From assembly GCA_002633005.1 (NCBI GenBank), contig NMRA01000492.1, positions 62,001-126,000 on the forward strand: 64,000 nt of DNA. The letters are read 5' to 3'. Of this stretch, positions 35,813 to 51,200 are shown one piece after another; positions within the stretch are counted from its first letter, which is position 1; each line of letters starts with the position of its first letter. Source of the stretch: Phoronis australis (lineage: Eukaryota; Animalia; Phoronida). Both the position numbers and the translations under genes were made by a program. The notes beneath the pieces are model-generated. The model worked only from the letters and a program-made list of their open reading frames with translations. It searched no databases and was not told the origin of the DNA.

Positions 35813-37268
35813 TACAGGCGATTTGTCATAGTCAAAACAACGAAAATAATGCGATGACGTTCCTAAAATGAAAACTCAAATTCTTCAGTCTTTCTACTCC
35901 AATAAGATTGTGCATTTAGGACAAGATATAGAATTTAAAAATTGTATATCTTGTCCTAATTGCACTGACTTTTCGATAAGGTCCCAAATAACTTTATCCG
36001 CCCTTTTCTTTGTACAGTGAAAACTAACCTGTGTATGCTGATTAGGTCGCTATCAAACAAGAAGGGTTACGTGGCTAAACAATGTTTTTGTGTTTCTAAA
36101 AGTGACAACGGAAGTGCTGCTTTAAGCTGCCACAAATTCACCTGCAGTAGATAGACATATTGAGACCACTGACTGTTGCATGATTGGTCGCTAATGGTTC
36201 CTTAGACAAACTGGGTGTGGTTTGCAGGACTAGGCGTGCGTTCAGTAACGCTACACCTAGCTAAAATCTAGCCACAGTCACGTGATCTCATTTAAAATAC
36301 ACAGCAATATCTCTCGTAATCTCGCAAAGTCTTGGTTTTAGCGAGGTCCTAGTGTTACTGAACGGGAGGCTCTGCATGTTGACAGGTCACGGCGTGATGC
36401 TCTATACAATAAGCATGGTCTCGGGGAGTGACGAAATGCTAGAAAAGTTCTTTGCAAGACTAAGAACCACTTCTCAACTGAGTAAGTAACGAAACAAATT
36501 GAGGTCGACTTTAAAGTTATAAGGGATAAAATAAAAAAGGTTTCTAATTCGATGCAATGCTGGCGTATTGCCGCTTTAAAGCGGTTATAAATTGGCGGTT
36601 CTATCAAGAAAAGGACTTATGAATTAGAGCAGCCTGGCTTACTGCTGAGACCATGACACGCCGAGACAAGCCAATTTGAAGAACCTGAGTAGAGTGCAAT
36701 AATGCTAGGACATCTCTAGAAAAGCAAGATACCGCCGAGTATTTTAAAAGAAAACACGTGATTTCGGCTAGATCTTTCTAGCCGCGAGACAGCTACTGAA
36801 CTTCACTCTGATTTCCAACGGTCATGAACTGTCGGTTTGGGAATCGGATTTCGAGCGTTTGTAGTAAAATTTACGAATGCTGCACAATATCAGTCAGAAT
36901 GCGAGCAAAAAGTCAAGTAAGGGAATCTTAAGTATCGTATCATGGTTGATATCTCCCAGATTTTCACGTGAGGCGAATGTCGAAAGACTAGATTTGCTGC
37001 GTGACAAAGTATTTATAGTGCAATACAATTCCACAAACATGGATCTTTAGGCTGACAGTTCTATGTGACTGTTTTTGAATTTCTCGGGTAACAAACTACA
37101 TAAACGCGATCACGGGATCTTGAAGATTAGAGCACTGGTGTTTAAGGCGCGTCAAGGATCAGCGTAAACGCGCTGTTTGTTGTGTATCATCTGGAAATCC
37201 CACGGGTCCAATTTGACACCAAGTAGTTTGCTTCAAAGGAGGCTGCTAGGGCCGTTGTTTGTAATAGA

Positions 37269-40140
37269 TTAAGGTAAAAGTCGTCGAATGAACTCAAGAA
37301 CAACAAACCGCGTTATTGAAATCGCAGGCGGCTATACGGGTTGCAAAAGGGGGGAGGTGGCGTAAGCACCAGTTTCAAAGTAAAGGGGTTGAGCACGAAT
37401 CATGAGGCATGTAGTCGGCGGGTTTTCTGCCAAGTAAATCGGTTGGCGAATGGACGACATGTTGAATTCCGTTGACATCATGAAATACAGAAATACTGAA
37501 GTAAAATGTTGTCTTCCGTTGTCTTTCAGGGGTACAGTTACAGTTACATTGAATTTAACATTAGTTCGCATAAACAATAAAGATACGATGTTGACATGTA
37601 TGATGTAATGAAATTCCGGGGAATGTGTGCCTGGTTGCACGAAGCAGTCCCAATTGGGTTCCTTAACTTTTCACTTGTGGACTTGTGAAAACACTGATTT
37701 TCTTTCTAAGGCTGTTTTAATCTTATTACTAAATTAATCGTTGACTTTTATCATCACCGAGACTACACTCTGATTTGAATTCTCAATATTAATGTAAATA
37801 AATAGGGATTTTTGTCATTTATGCCCATGATTTTAGGACTAAGTCCCTATTTATGTTCACTGAAGTTGGTCTCAGTATTTAGAAGTATTGTTATTATTAT
37901 GAAGTGGCAAAAAGTCAAAGAGGAGCTGACAATAGAGATTATGTGATAGAAAATAGAACAACGACGTTAACATGCAAAGGATTTAGGTAACTGAGTCAAG
38001 TTTTATTGGGCTTGTTTCATATCGCCCGGCAATGGAATCTAAATGTAATTAAAGTCGTTAAAACATTAAATGACATCCTGCAACTGACATAATCCATTTT
38101 CGACAGGGTTTCGGTCACTCATTTAATTTCATGTGGCTTTTCACTAATTAATTTCATATTTTTGTCACAGGTGCCTCTACTTAGACGGTTGGAAGGGACA
38201 ACTGCTTAGGTGACATCCATTTATTTCCCAATTTGTAATAGGCAAAGACCAAGATGCAAAACATGAAAATTAAATTCAACAATAAATCAAAACTGCAACA
38301 ACCCCCAGCCCTCTCTTTAAGCCTAATATTAGAAGGGTATCCGGGAACAGTCGAATGCGCTTTACATCTTCAGAGCCACGTTACTTGCTGTAATGATGCG
38401 CAGATATGAAACACTTCTAAGGTTGCACTCAAAAGTTTTTGCTGATTTGGGGCTTAATAACACATGTCTTGATAACTCTAACAGTGTGTTCCACATGGTG
38501 TACAAAACTTTTGAAAAAATATGAACAGTATAATGAGCTAAAGACTTCAAAAACCTTGCATAAAGTCTAACGCAACTGATTCCAAAGTCAATTTTTAGTA
38601 CCGGAAGAGCTCCCGACTGCCTAAAACGAACGAAAAACATGTATCAAATCAGCAGTTTTCACCCCAAAGTCACCGTGTGCATGGAATTACGAACTCCAGG
38701 CTGCAAAAACTCTACAAATTACAGAAGTCAGGTGCAAAGTGAGTTCCGACCAGTGAGATGGGTACCTGAATTTCTTATTAAGTTTCAACTTCCTGCAAAT
38801 ACCATTCGTAACCTGCACGTGTAGCACAAATCTTAAATTGCCCAGCTAACCCACCAGGCGCCAATGTTTAAATGAAATTTGGAGAGTTCAACCATGGCTA
38901 AAAAAATATTAAGTGCCACCAAAGTGGTCTTGATGCTCTGAGGAGTAATGCGGTTGAGCCTACAGAAATACCCGTGGATCCTANAAAGAAATTGGCGCGA
39001 AATTCTTGCCTCCCAAAACGTCACTTCCGGAGTAGACAATGAGTAATTAATTAAATTACGAAAAGCTGTAAATAAGTGAAAAATATGTCTGGGATAACCA
39101 ACGAACCCTATTTTTGCTAAAAATGACATGAAAAAGGTTGCCTTTGCCTTTAAGGTAAAAGTCGCCGAATGAACTCAAGAACAACAAACCGCGTTATTGA
39201 AATCGCAGGCGGCTATACGGGTTGCAAAAGGGGGGAGGTGGCGTAACCACCATTTTCGACAGGGTTTCGGTCATTCATTTAATTTCATGTGGCTTTTCAC
39301 TAATTAATTTCATATTTTTGTCACAGGTGCCTCTATTTAGACGGTTGGAAGGGACAACTGTTTAGGTGACACCCATTTATTTCCCAATTTGTACTAGGCA
39401 AAGACCAAAAATGCAAAACATGAAAATTAAATTCAACAATAAATCAAAACTGCAACAACCCCCAGCCCTCTCTTTAAGCCTAATATTAGAAGGGTATCCG
39501 GGAACATTCGAATGCGCTTTACATCTTCAGAGCCACGTTACTTGCTGTAATGATGCGCAGATATGAAACACTTCTAAGGTTGCACTCAAAAGTTTTTGCT
39601 GATTTGGGGCTTAATAAAACATGTCTTGATAACTCTAACAGTGTGTTCCACATGGTGTACAAAACTTTTGAAAAAATATGAACAGTATAATGAGCTAAAG
39701 ACTTCAAAAACCTTGCATAAAGTCTAACGCAACTGATTCCAAAGTCAATTTTTAGTACCGGAAGAGCTCCCGACTGCCTAAAACGAACGAAAAACATGTA
39801 TCAAATCAGCAGTTTTCACCCCAAAGTCACCGTGTGCATGGAATTACGAACTCCAGGCTGCAAAAACTCTACAAATTACAGAAGTCAGGTGCAAAGTGAG
39901 TTCCGACCAGTGAGATGGGTACCTGAATTTCTTATTAAGTTTCAACTTCCTGCAAATACCATTCGTAACCTGCACATGTAGCACAAATCTTAAATTGCCC
40001 AGCTAACCCACCAGGCGCCAATGTTTAAATGAAATTTGGAGAGTTCAACCATGGCTAAAAAAATATTAAGTGCCACCAAAGTGGTCTTGATGCTCTGAGG
40101 AGTAATGCGGTTGAGCCTACAGAAATACCCGTGGATCCTA
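37269..40140. repeat. Near-identical duplication (37269-38983 vs 39150-40140) across a single N at 38984; probably two haplotypes joined
   Basis: About 1 kb shared with only scattered SNPs. Copy 2 lacks 37372-38096. Copy 1 stops exactly at the N. Confidence 0.8.
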
Positions 40141-43100
40141 CCATGCGGAAGCCCGCCAAGTTCAAGTACGCCAACAAGTGATACAGGGAACACCATACAC
40201 GTGGTAATATCGCCAACTTAGGTTTTCTCAGGTTAAACCATAGTTGTTAGTATTTGGTCAACTTGATTGAAGACGCAGGAAACTCTGTAATGAATTACAT
40301 ACCGTTATAAGTGGGGCACACTACAGTTATTACAGGCTTTTGGCTGCCGACACAAACCGAAGTAGAGATGGGCCCCTTCCTCACGTGCTAATCGAGTGTC
40401 TGAAAAAAACGAAGGGTTTTGTGGCATTCTCAATTCACAAGTACTACTCATGATAACTGAAACTTAATTACGCTACAGATTTTTAATCGGTTAATTCACA
40501 TCGATAAAAAATCTCGGCACACAAAAATATTACAAATAAACACCAAATTTGACAGTTTTCTCCCCAAAATTGCCACTTCTCTGCAAGTGCTAGGAAATAT
40601 TCGACTACAGATTCAGAATGCTCGCACTCACTAGATTCTAAAATTGTGGTCATAGTATGCCCCTTACCAGCTACTTTTTTGGTAATTTCGATCTGGGGCA
40701 GCCACCTGAAATCGCACCCGGTTTCTCAGATTGCAGGCGACAGGGGTTGAAAGCAAATGACAGCCACCATTTTGCATCAAAAATAGGTCACGGCTAAAAA
40801 AAGCTTGGCTTTTATCATTCAAAAACACAAGTGGATCAGTTTCCTGGGATTTGTTTTCATCAAATTCCTCGAACAACCAGCCAAACCGGACATACTCCAT
40901 GTACATAAATTCTAGGACTAGAAAATACCCCGTGGCTGCTGCAGCCAAACTGTTCAGTACTACCATACGGGAGAATGAGTGATGGGGTTCATGCCGTCAG
41001 GGTACTGGCTGAGAGATCGTGAGTTCAAACTTGAAGTCCTATTGTCACCAAGAGCCTTACCCAATACATTCATTGATCTTTATACCCAAATTTAGTGAAG
41101 ATGTAGTGCCATTATGAAAAACCAACAAATGAAAACACCGCGGTCGCTCACTTCGGACGCTGCTCTTACTGTGTATCACGTTTACGAATGAATGGAAATC
41201 AGTTCCGTGTTAAACAGTACACACCATGGATTTTTGCACATTTTGAATTACCGGTGGCCACAAACTAAATGTATGACGTAAAATTTAGCTAAACCCATGT
41301 TTATTTTGTGTAATTAGCTCGAAATTGGGATTTTTCTTTCAATTTTGCCAATTTTCACATTTCCCGCCATGTGACGTCATGGGTTGAACACAAGAGAGCA
41401 GTGACTAGCATTGAACAATGGCGGAAAGCAGGGAATTTGAAAGCGACGACGATTATGAGCAAAAAATTGAAAGAATACTATGAAGAAACGTACGGGAATG
41501 GTGGCCAGGATGAGCAAATGGGGTTGCACGAAAGCGAGAATAAGTTTAATGTGCTTCCGGCAGCGTACTTTTCTACTTTGAGCCTTACGAACTGGATCCT
41601 CCCGCGAGAGAAGCGGCCTCGGGCTCGGCGAGTCAACCCAGTCATCCAACAGACGATCCTGAACTAAGAGCTGATGTTTCTGAATGATAAATATTGTACT
41701 TCATTGAACCAGGCCTTCATCGTAACGTCTCTTGTGACTGGGGTCGAAACACGAGTCCTCAAAGTGGGCAGAACACAGAGTGGCCACGGACCGAATCGCT
41801 TGGTCCACGATGACGTCCCACTCTCTCGTTCGGCACACGAAGCGATGCCACTACTGCACACTTTGGTATCCTTCGGAACACCGAGACGTTCTCCGCCTGG
41901 CTACTGTTGCTGCAGCCTCCGGAAACACATTGATCCCTCTACGAACCTTCTCGATGCTAAATGTATATTGCTATCTCTTCACTCTATACACTTTGTCTCT
42001 GATCCGAGCAGTATGGCGAACGACTTGGGTTCAACCCATGACGTTGTACATAATTATTATTTTTTTCAATTTTTGCGTGTTTCTTTATGAGTTGTGCACT
42101 AAAGGCACTGAAATCTAGTAAGATATAATAATAAAATTTATTTTAAGGTACTAGAGTCATGTTGTGTACACTTTAAGGGCCTTTGAAGTGAGTAGTAACT
42201 AAGGGTAAGAGTTTGTACAGTTCCATCCACTGTGAAACATTTTCTAAGAAATAAAATTAACTTGTCTAGTATCCTCCAAACACGGAAAGTCGTGCCACCA
42301 GAGCTACCAGGAAGTAACACAACACTAGAGTCCTTGACGAACGTTAAGTGGAGATGTCTGGGTCACGGTTCTTCACACAGAAGTGGTAGCACGTGCCAGA
42401 TGGGTACAGGGTACCATGAAACAGCAATAACAATAAAATACCAGATGGGCCCGTACGTTGCTTGCGAGAATAAGATGGAAACATGGTAACAGATTGGTAT
42501 CGGCCGATAGCATACAAGATGTGTTCGGGTAAAACGGCAAATATAACTTAAAGTACATGTACCAGATGGGTACACTAACTGCCAAATGAGCGACAACAGC
42601 ATCGAGAACGCAGGTTCCGAACAGACTGAGAGCCGGAGCAGACCGTGCCAGAACGTTGTAACGTTAGATTGCCCGGCAGTTGCGGGCACCTTGAGTGAGC
42701 AGTGACGACGCAATGTGGGGGTATATACCCCAGGTATGTTTGAACAATGGTGGTGTGCCTCGCTTATGACCGCATGGACAGTGTTATAGGCCCCCTACAG
42801 GGTTGTTCGTGAACGAGCAGCCCTGTCCGCCGCCACAGCATAGGTTATTTCTTTTAAAAGATTTGTCACAGATTTCACTCATGAGGGCACCTGATAACCG
42901 AGTCATCTTTTAATACCTTCAACAGATTAAGTAATGAAGTTTGATAGTACAGATTATGTATTCTCAAATACACTGCATTACTGGTAGTTAACGGGATTCA
43001 TATTACGGAGTTAAATCTCTGACCGCTTTGTTGGAGTCTCTTTGGGAAACATCATTTTTACTATGCAGGACCAAAAAATAACGATCCAAAATCAGAGCAT

Positions 43101-43905
43101 CTTCCCTTTGTATTACACTAAAAAAGAACCGGGACTCTTTACACTCATCTATACATCAATAGTCGCCAGAAATATATTATACCATGCTAGGACCAAACCA
43201 TGTGCCATCAAAATAAAAATTTAACCGTGCCAGGACCACGAGCTGATTCAGGACCACGTGATCATCTAGGGACACATGACCCCTCAAAGTGATGACGTCA
43301 GTGCCACTTACGCAAGGGCTTAGTGTTGATCAATGTATTGCCAATAAATACGAACCTCTCTACGCATTGTTTTGAAGGGTCGATGAGTGACTACAGAAGT
43401 CGCCAGAAGAGCGATACTCAGATGTTTGCCATCTGACTCGGCCATCTTGCTTCAAATGAATGACGGCATTATTTTCCGCTGTCGTAATCACGTTTTCCTT
43501 ATATGCAAATTTTCTTCGGCAACATCCTTTTTTCTTCTGCGGGGATGACATTGATGTGTTTATTTTTGTGGTATGTTAATTTTTGTGCATCACAATTTCT
43601 TGATGTGAGTGACGTTATTTGTTATTTTGTATATGGAGTAATTTCCGGAATGAATGAGCGAGAATTAAAAATTCATGTTTTGTGCATTGTTTCAGCAAAA
43701 TAAGTGTTTGGATATTTCCGTTTTGGCTTTCCATAAGTTTTTGGGCTTAATAAGGAAATACAATATGAGGAAAGATGTGTATTGTATTCTTAAGTGGATT
43801 TTTGATACGTTTCCTTTTCGATTTGCCTTCTAATCAGTTGGACGTTTGCCTGAGGTCGAAATGTAGACGTGAGGAAAGCCTTTAAAGGAGAAGACACCGG
43901 AAACG

Positions 43906-45167
43906 ATGCAACTATTCACGATGGTAAGCGTGACAACACATGTTGCTGTTATCGCCATCCTTGCGACTGTCTCGGCGGTGCTGGCTGTGACATTGCCGGA
44001 CTCCGATGTCCACAAGTCATTACGTGAGGTGCAAGACTTGTTGCATCGTTTGAACAATAGATTTGAGGATCTAGAGAAGCGAGTTGCAGGATTGGAAACA
44101 CAACCCGCGGTAAGTTTGACACCGTCTTTAGCGTTGATTCGTCACTTCACTATACGCCTTATACCAGTAATTTCAGACTTGAATACCACTTAGTCTCAGT
44201 ATTTCATTTCTGCAATTTATGAAAGCCGCTATATAAACTCTGTGGTATGGATATGTTAAACGACTTTCTTCACTGGAGTGGTTGCTCTGCCAAAGCAAGG
44301 TCACCGTGTTCTTATCCTATTTGCTGGGATTGAAATTAGTTGCAGTTCTGTTGTTCCATCCACTGCAAGGTCATAGGCCAATCTATTGCATACTAAAACA
44401 ATATCATACATACAAACATGCATACATACATAACGTACATACAACCATTATTAAGTGGACAACAGGTCGGTGTAAATAGATCAAGAGACTTTAATAATAG
44501 TTGCAACACCCCATCACCTCAGAGCGGTTTTAGAAAGTCATACATACATACATACATACATACATACATACATACATACATACATACATACATACATACA
44601 TACAGTACTTGCATACATGCAAAATTGATAAAACACACGACACTTTTCGTTATTAACACTCTTTATTCCGTTCCGTTCGTATGCTCGGAATTAAACTCTA
44701 CACTTAACGGAACACTGGTGAAGCAACTGACCAAGAGACGTGATTAAAAGACACACGATATTTCGAAGCATACTTGTTTTGAATTCAAGTGGAAATAAAA
44801 TGACGCAGTAATACCACCACAGAGCATAAGCTGGAGACATACACGGTGGGACACGGTAGGTGTGAAATACTGCAAAGAATGACAAATGAAGGGGGTAACA
44901 GGAAAGTCGCGCAAACAAGTGTAACGTGCGGCGCGACCCTGTTTGCTGCTCATTCAAAACAGGTGACGTGCGTTCAGTAACGCTACGTCCTACGCGAGGA
45001 CCTTACTAAACTCTAGCCAAAGTCACGTGCTGTCATTTTGAATACGCGGCAATACATCACGTAATCTCGCGAAGTCTTGCTTTTCAGCGAGGTCTTAGCC
45101 TTTACTAAATGGGAGGCAGGCTTCCGAAGTACAGCCACATGTATACATACATACACACGTACATACA

Positions 45168-45200
<33 letters not shown>

Positions 45201-48200
45201 GCATTCGTACATGGATATTCACATGCATACATACATATATTTCGGTAGCAGTCCTTCATTGACATAATCTTCCCTGAGGCCCCACTCTGGGTATAGACAC
45301 ATATTTCCAAATGTATACACGATATACATTCATGTATACACGATATACATTCATGTATACACGCATACACGTACTTGTATGCACAGATATTCATGTCACT
45401 GAAAGTCTCTTCAAAGCTTTCTCCCGGCTCGCGCTTGATGCACACTACGCAAACTTGAAAAGTTCTATTTTAATAGAAGGGTCACTGTGCTTTATTAGTC
45501 GTTGAACTTCAAATTTGTTGGGTGTTGTCAGGACCAGGGGAGAGAAAAACACAACAAAGTGAAACTCATCGTCGACAAATTTGCGACTAAGTTTACAAAG
45601 TCGGTATTTTCTATCAATATATGAATGCTTGCCACTTTCAATATATAACCTATGCCTAGCATATCCACCAATAAACACATGGGAAAAGATAACGCAACAT
45701 AAGATTCAATGCCTAAGTCCATTTTTACAGAGGCGTGTCTTTACAGTTTAGGACTGTTTTCTATACTTGGGAGCCATTCCCGAACACAGTTCTCATTAAT
45801 CCTTTAATTGTTTAAAAGCATCAATAAATACTCTTGACAACACACACCTTGTTAAAACCAGATTATGCTAAGTCCACACGTGTATAACAAAATTTTATTT
45901 GAAGCAGCCCACGTTTTCCTACCTGCCTCATCCAGTTGAAATAGCTGATTTTCGAAACAGCCGCGCCATTCTGAAATTCACTTTGCATTGGTTTAGCGCC
46001 ATCTACGGCTGGGATTCCCTTGGCGGCACCATGAGATCCGGCGGCTGAAAATAGCCGTCGTGACATAAAAACTTAATGAACCTAGTCAGCAGTAATTAAG
46101 AATCGTCGATTCTTCCCAAGTCTAGATATCTTTACTAATATGAATAAGAAAGGACGGATTGTAATTTGTAAAACTTTGAGTGACTTAAATCAAATCAAAG
46201 TGATTTTCTTTAAACAGCGCGAGTTTCTTGCCTCTGATCGTTGAGTTTGAACACGGAGGCCTATTTATTTTTTATCGCTACATTATGTCGCCGCTCAGCG
46301 TCGCGTTCCTGTACGTTTTAGCAAGAACCAGACGTACAGTCTCTGCTAAAACAATACTTGCAAATGCCTGATACTGAGAAAATGACTATTATTCATAGAA
46401 ATGATGTGTAATTGTATACTAAGGAGTGGAAGATTTTTCAGAAAACAAAGGGTGATAAACAAATGATGAATCAAATGTCAACTGGTCGGACCAAACGTGA
46501 CGTCGGAAGTGACATTCGTAAGTTTTATGAACAAATTTATTATTTAACTCACAAAAGGTGATTAAGTGGACTTAGGTAACTTGTTATGCAAAATTGCACA
46601 GTGATGTTTTCATGTGGAAAACGAATGTGCTGTTTGTTTTTCGTTTATTTGAAAGAAGGAAAATAGCTCATTGACGCAGCTGTTTAGTGACCCTGCATTC
46701 AACATTGTGCAAGGAACCTTGGATGTAGTGATGAGTTCTACACACGTTGTGTTTTACTGAGCAGTTTTGAAGATGCAAGTATCAAAATAACCAGATATGA
46801 AATATTTTTGTTTTCCTTCAGCTATCCTCATTCCTCGGAAATGGTTGTTTTATTTTTCAGGGTCGCGCGCGCTCGTAAGTGTTCCAAGTCATTGTGCAGT
46901 CTTATCAAATGAAAGTATTCATTGGCCCCTTATGTCTGTTTCTCGCCTCCATAAACAGTTCTTCCAAACCCTCTTTCTCACTGGTTTCAATTCTTTATTC
47001 GAAATCAATCTCTATTCAGCCGCCTCAGGACTACCGTCGCCGTTGCGACCCTCAACATGTAAAGAGGGTAGGCCTGGTCGAGACGGTAGGGACGGGCGTG
47101 ACGGTCAGGATGGGCCTATGGGACCCCCAGGCAGGGACGGTCTAGCGATCGAGGAACTTGAAAAAATGTTTCAAAGGGTTTTAGGCCACAAAAGCAATGG
47201 TAAGATTTATGCATTGATTAGTAATAATGATGATAATATTAAAAATAATGTGAGAACCGACACACTGTATACACAAAGTGAAACAGTAGCCCGCTATTAC
47301 TTTGTACTGTCAGGTGGCTCGCGACTTCTATAAGGGCAAACTAGGTAGTACTGTGATGCTATTTTGAGGGTTCAGCTACTTTTTGCTTGACAATTCCGCC
47401 CTATTTGTTCATCATGTGTGCGGAGATTTTGGGAATGTTGTTTCGGCAAAACCATTGAATTAAACAAATAAATGTAGGCTCCAGTGCCCGGATGCATGAA
47501 ACAGTGCCCGGATGCATGAAACAGTGCCAAACAGGGACTTAACTAAGTTCCCTAAATCTTTTTCGTGTTTGTTGCGTTCTTTATGCACAGATGTAATATT
47601 TTTCTGTCATTTTGGTTATATTATTAGTCAAAGAAGAGCTCATGTTAAAAGATAAAATAAAAGAAAAATACTACATCTGTGCCTAAAGAACGATTTACGA
47701 AACTTAGTTGAGTCCGTATGTGGGACTGTCTCGTGAAACCTGGCACAGGTTTCATTAAATAATGCAATATGTCGATATCGTTATTACACTCGATGGTTTA
47801 GTGAACCTCTGAAAAGTACCCTAAGTCTACTTGAACAAATTTAGTTTCGAGCTTAAAGTCGAATCTAGAACGTTTGTATCCCGAGAAGAACCCTCAATGA
47901 AGAATTGAATCTTTGGGAGATACATTTAGTTTAGATCTCCCCCTTACTAAATCATAAATATAAACGTATGGACTTTCAAAATAATATAAATTCTTGGAAT
48001 AAGAGAACTCTAACTCGTCTAGGCAAAATAGATGCCGTGGAATCGTTTATGCAGTCTAAACTAGTACCTTTTTTCATTTCGTTGCCTTCTCCACCCAAGG
48101 AAACTATTCATAGGCTTGAAATGCTCTTTCATAATTTTAGCTGGGGTGGTAAAAATTATGGCACCCGAATTAATTGGGCTTTTTACCGTTGTAATCAGTC

Positions 48201-51200
48201 TATATCCACATTACCTCGTATATCGTCGATCTCACCTCGCCGAAAGGTGTCGTGTTAATCTGTGAGGAATGTGTGTATACTACGCAGTTGAGTGCGTGCC
48301 GCTATGGTGTGGCGAGGACTCTTCAATGGCAAGACTTCTGTCTTGGTGATTGTAAGATGACTCATTTTGAAATGCTACTTTCTTAAATCACTGAATTCCT
48401 CATGGCTTCGTAAAGCTGTTTCGTCAGCTAGTGACGACCTGTGGAAAAACACTCTTTCTCGTTGCATTCCCTTAAATACCCACTATAATCTTTTGCAGTT
48501 TGGTTACTACCTTTTTTATGAAATCTGGACAAAAGTATATTTAGTTTTTCATAGAAATTACAATTTAGTGATGTTATTAAACTTCTCAGAACTTTCTCCG
48601 GTGGTATGAGAATATAGCATACTACCCATATTTCCATTTTTGCAGGCAATAGACACTTGTATTATGGAAAGTGACATAAAATAATACGACTTTTTCGACT
48701 CACAGGGGACCTGGTGACGTATGGTCAATACTGTAGACCACACGGCCTTTCTCCACCCTCTACAGAATGGGAGACAGCTTCTTTAACTGACGAGTGGTGG
48801 CGGAAGGCTATTAACTCAACAAATGATTTAAAATTAAAGTGGTTTTAATAAATTCGTTTGTTACCTCATGATTTCGATGAGTGACGTGGCCGATGCAACT
48901 AAGTCAAACCCGCCAAACGTTATAAAGTGGTGTACAGTCGCGTATAGCTCGTACAGGAAAGGGTCAGTCACACTTCACATTCTATTTTTATTCATCTGTG
49001 CATGGTTGTATGACACAGTCCTTACAGGGTCTCAGCTACGTTTTCTAATTTTGCAGCGCATGTGTGGTCTTGGTGCAAGCACTGAATCTCCCACTCCATG
49101 TCAAGCTTTAGCTTTGCTTCGCGTCGAGCTCAAAGTCTACGTTGAATTTTTAACATTGTTGAAAATAAGTACGGTCCTCTGCGTGCAACACCCCTAATTT
49201 TAGAATTTAGTCCTTGATTCTCTTTATTGGAAATTGTCACAGATAAAGCAGCAGTTCATAATCAAGATAAGGTGAATGGAAATGTAACATTTGTGAGTAA
49301 ACAAAATCTAAACATGCGTTGAAAGTTTAGGGAACATGTTTAGTCATAATCTGGACTGTTTTGTGCGATCGTGGTCCGACTTATCAAGATTCTATGTTAG
49401 GTCTTACTAAGACGGTCGTAACTTCGATTTTAATTTTCATAGTCCGTTAACGTGCCTCCTGAAGGTGATCGTAAAGTCTGAAAATTATCAATTAAACGTC
49501 AGCTACAAGGTTTCAGTTTTATAACTCATGTGCTGCAAATTTCTAGTGTTTAAGGTCGACAGAAAGTAAAATACTGAGATATCGCAAATTGTGTTGAACA
49601 TCGTGTTGACAACAAATCAGTCATCCACTGTCAGTGACCACCAAACTTTGCTCGAGATTTCGTCACAAAAATGAATTAATCCTATTGGCTAGCTTCGAAT
49701 ACACATTTAAATTTCACGCAACCTAATTGCTCAGTTTCGGTAAACAGCCTAGAGTAAAGTTTGGTATTATCAGGCCCAGGGGAACGTTTTATCAAAGATC
49801 CGTGGTTCGGTCGTAGCTAACTCGGTGGTAGCGGTCTCGTTTATTGCAAACGCGACACTTTGAAAGACAGCATCGTTCGTGTAATAAAGAAAACTTCTTT
49901 TCGAAGACAGGATCAGTTGACAAATCTGTATTTAAAGCAACACTAAATTTTTGAATTGTTTAAGTCAGCATGTATTGAGCAACTGCAAAATAAAAGGAAC
50001 TATTAGTTTCGTTCTCTGTTTTCATTTGCAGAACAAACAACTCCGGCCCAAGAACTTACCCGTCGAAGCGACACTGGCGCCGTCTATGTGAGGTGGGGCA
50101 GAACACAATGTCCGTCTCATTCACAGCTCATTTATGATGGTGAGTCGCGTAAAATGTTTCAGAACGACGAGTAACTGTTGCCGCAGAAATTCCACTAATT
50201 CAAATGTCACGACTCACATTGAGATGGTGTCACATTGGAGTTGAAAATCCCTCACTGTATCCAGCTACCTTGTAATGACATATACAGAAAACACAGTGGC
50301 TGAAACGTTGCCTTAGCAACAGGAGGGATGACCTTGTAAAGACAGTAATTGCTCGGCAATATCCATGTCTGATCTCACTTGCAGTAAAATGTGGTTATTA
50401 CTGAAAGGAAGCTGAAATCGCATTTTAAACGGTTGATTTTTGCTATTGTGTCTATTCGTGTCCAGTCAGAACTTCCTCTGTTGGACATCATGTCCAGCAA
50501 CACATCAGATACTGGTTATTAACGACGAATTGAAATTTAGATCCATTAATGGAAAATAGCATTTTTGGTATTATTCTTGGTCCTGAGACTACTTTGAACG
50601 GAGTTGTGAAACAACAAGGTCCATTATGCGTTTATTAGTTTATTACAAATCGCCAATTCTTGCCGACAGACATTTGTTGAAATCGAGGCCAATAAGGTTT
50701 CCAAGTCAAACACGCTTAAAATACTCTGCCATTCTTCGAGTCGATTTAAGCAAAGCCAGCAAAGAGTTAGACTACAATTGAAGGGTTGCAGGTTCGATTT
50801 CGCGCTGGGACTCATTTCAGAAAATCGCTTTTCTCTCGGATTATGTCCTCTTAAGAGCCACTATAAGAAAAATTGAGACAAAATGAAAAAACTGGGAACA
50901 TGTAATGTCACGAAAATTTTCTTAATACGAGCTCTTCATGTGGATGTTGGAAAATTATTTGTCATTTACTCGTTGTTTATAAAATGAAATCTGACCTTTT
51001 TCCTTTACCTTCCACTTTTGCGAGGTCGATAAACTTTCATAACTTCTTGGAGCCAGTAAACTTGACTAATTTTAACTAGCTTGGAAAACTTTCAATCTCT
51101 TTTTCAATGTTTTGAAGCTCTTCTTTGACTCTCATTTCTTATGGCGAATATTTGATTTTTTCACACTTTACCAATCTGGGACTAATTAAGTCAGGTGATC

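Noticed and set aside
38362-39981. Identical 92-aa and near-identical 61-aa ORFs present twice, suggesting a duplicated gene pair
   Set aside because: A by-product of the near-identical duplication at the N; no recognisable domains or exon structure.
41610-41830. RRVNP...GPNRLVHDD resembles the IS3EU/integrase-core motif RRVDP...GPN..WH.DG
   Set aside because: Spacing is about twice the usual, and the key W and downstream catalytic motifs are absent.
45013-45505. Low-complexity ORFs (MYVCMYVC, YIHT; also CVCV at 55365 and 57252)
   Set aside because: Translations of microsatellites.
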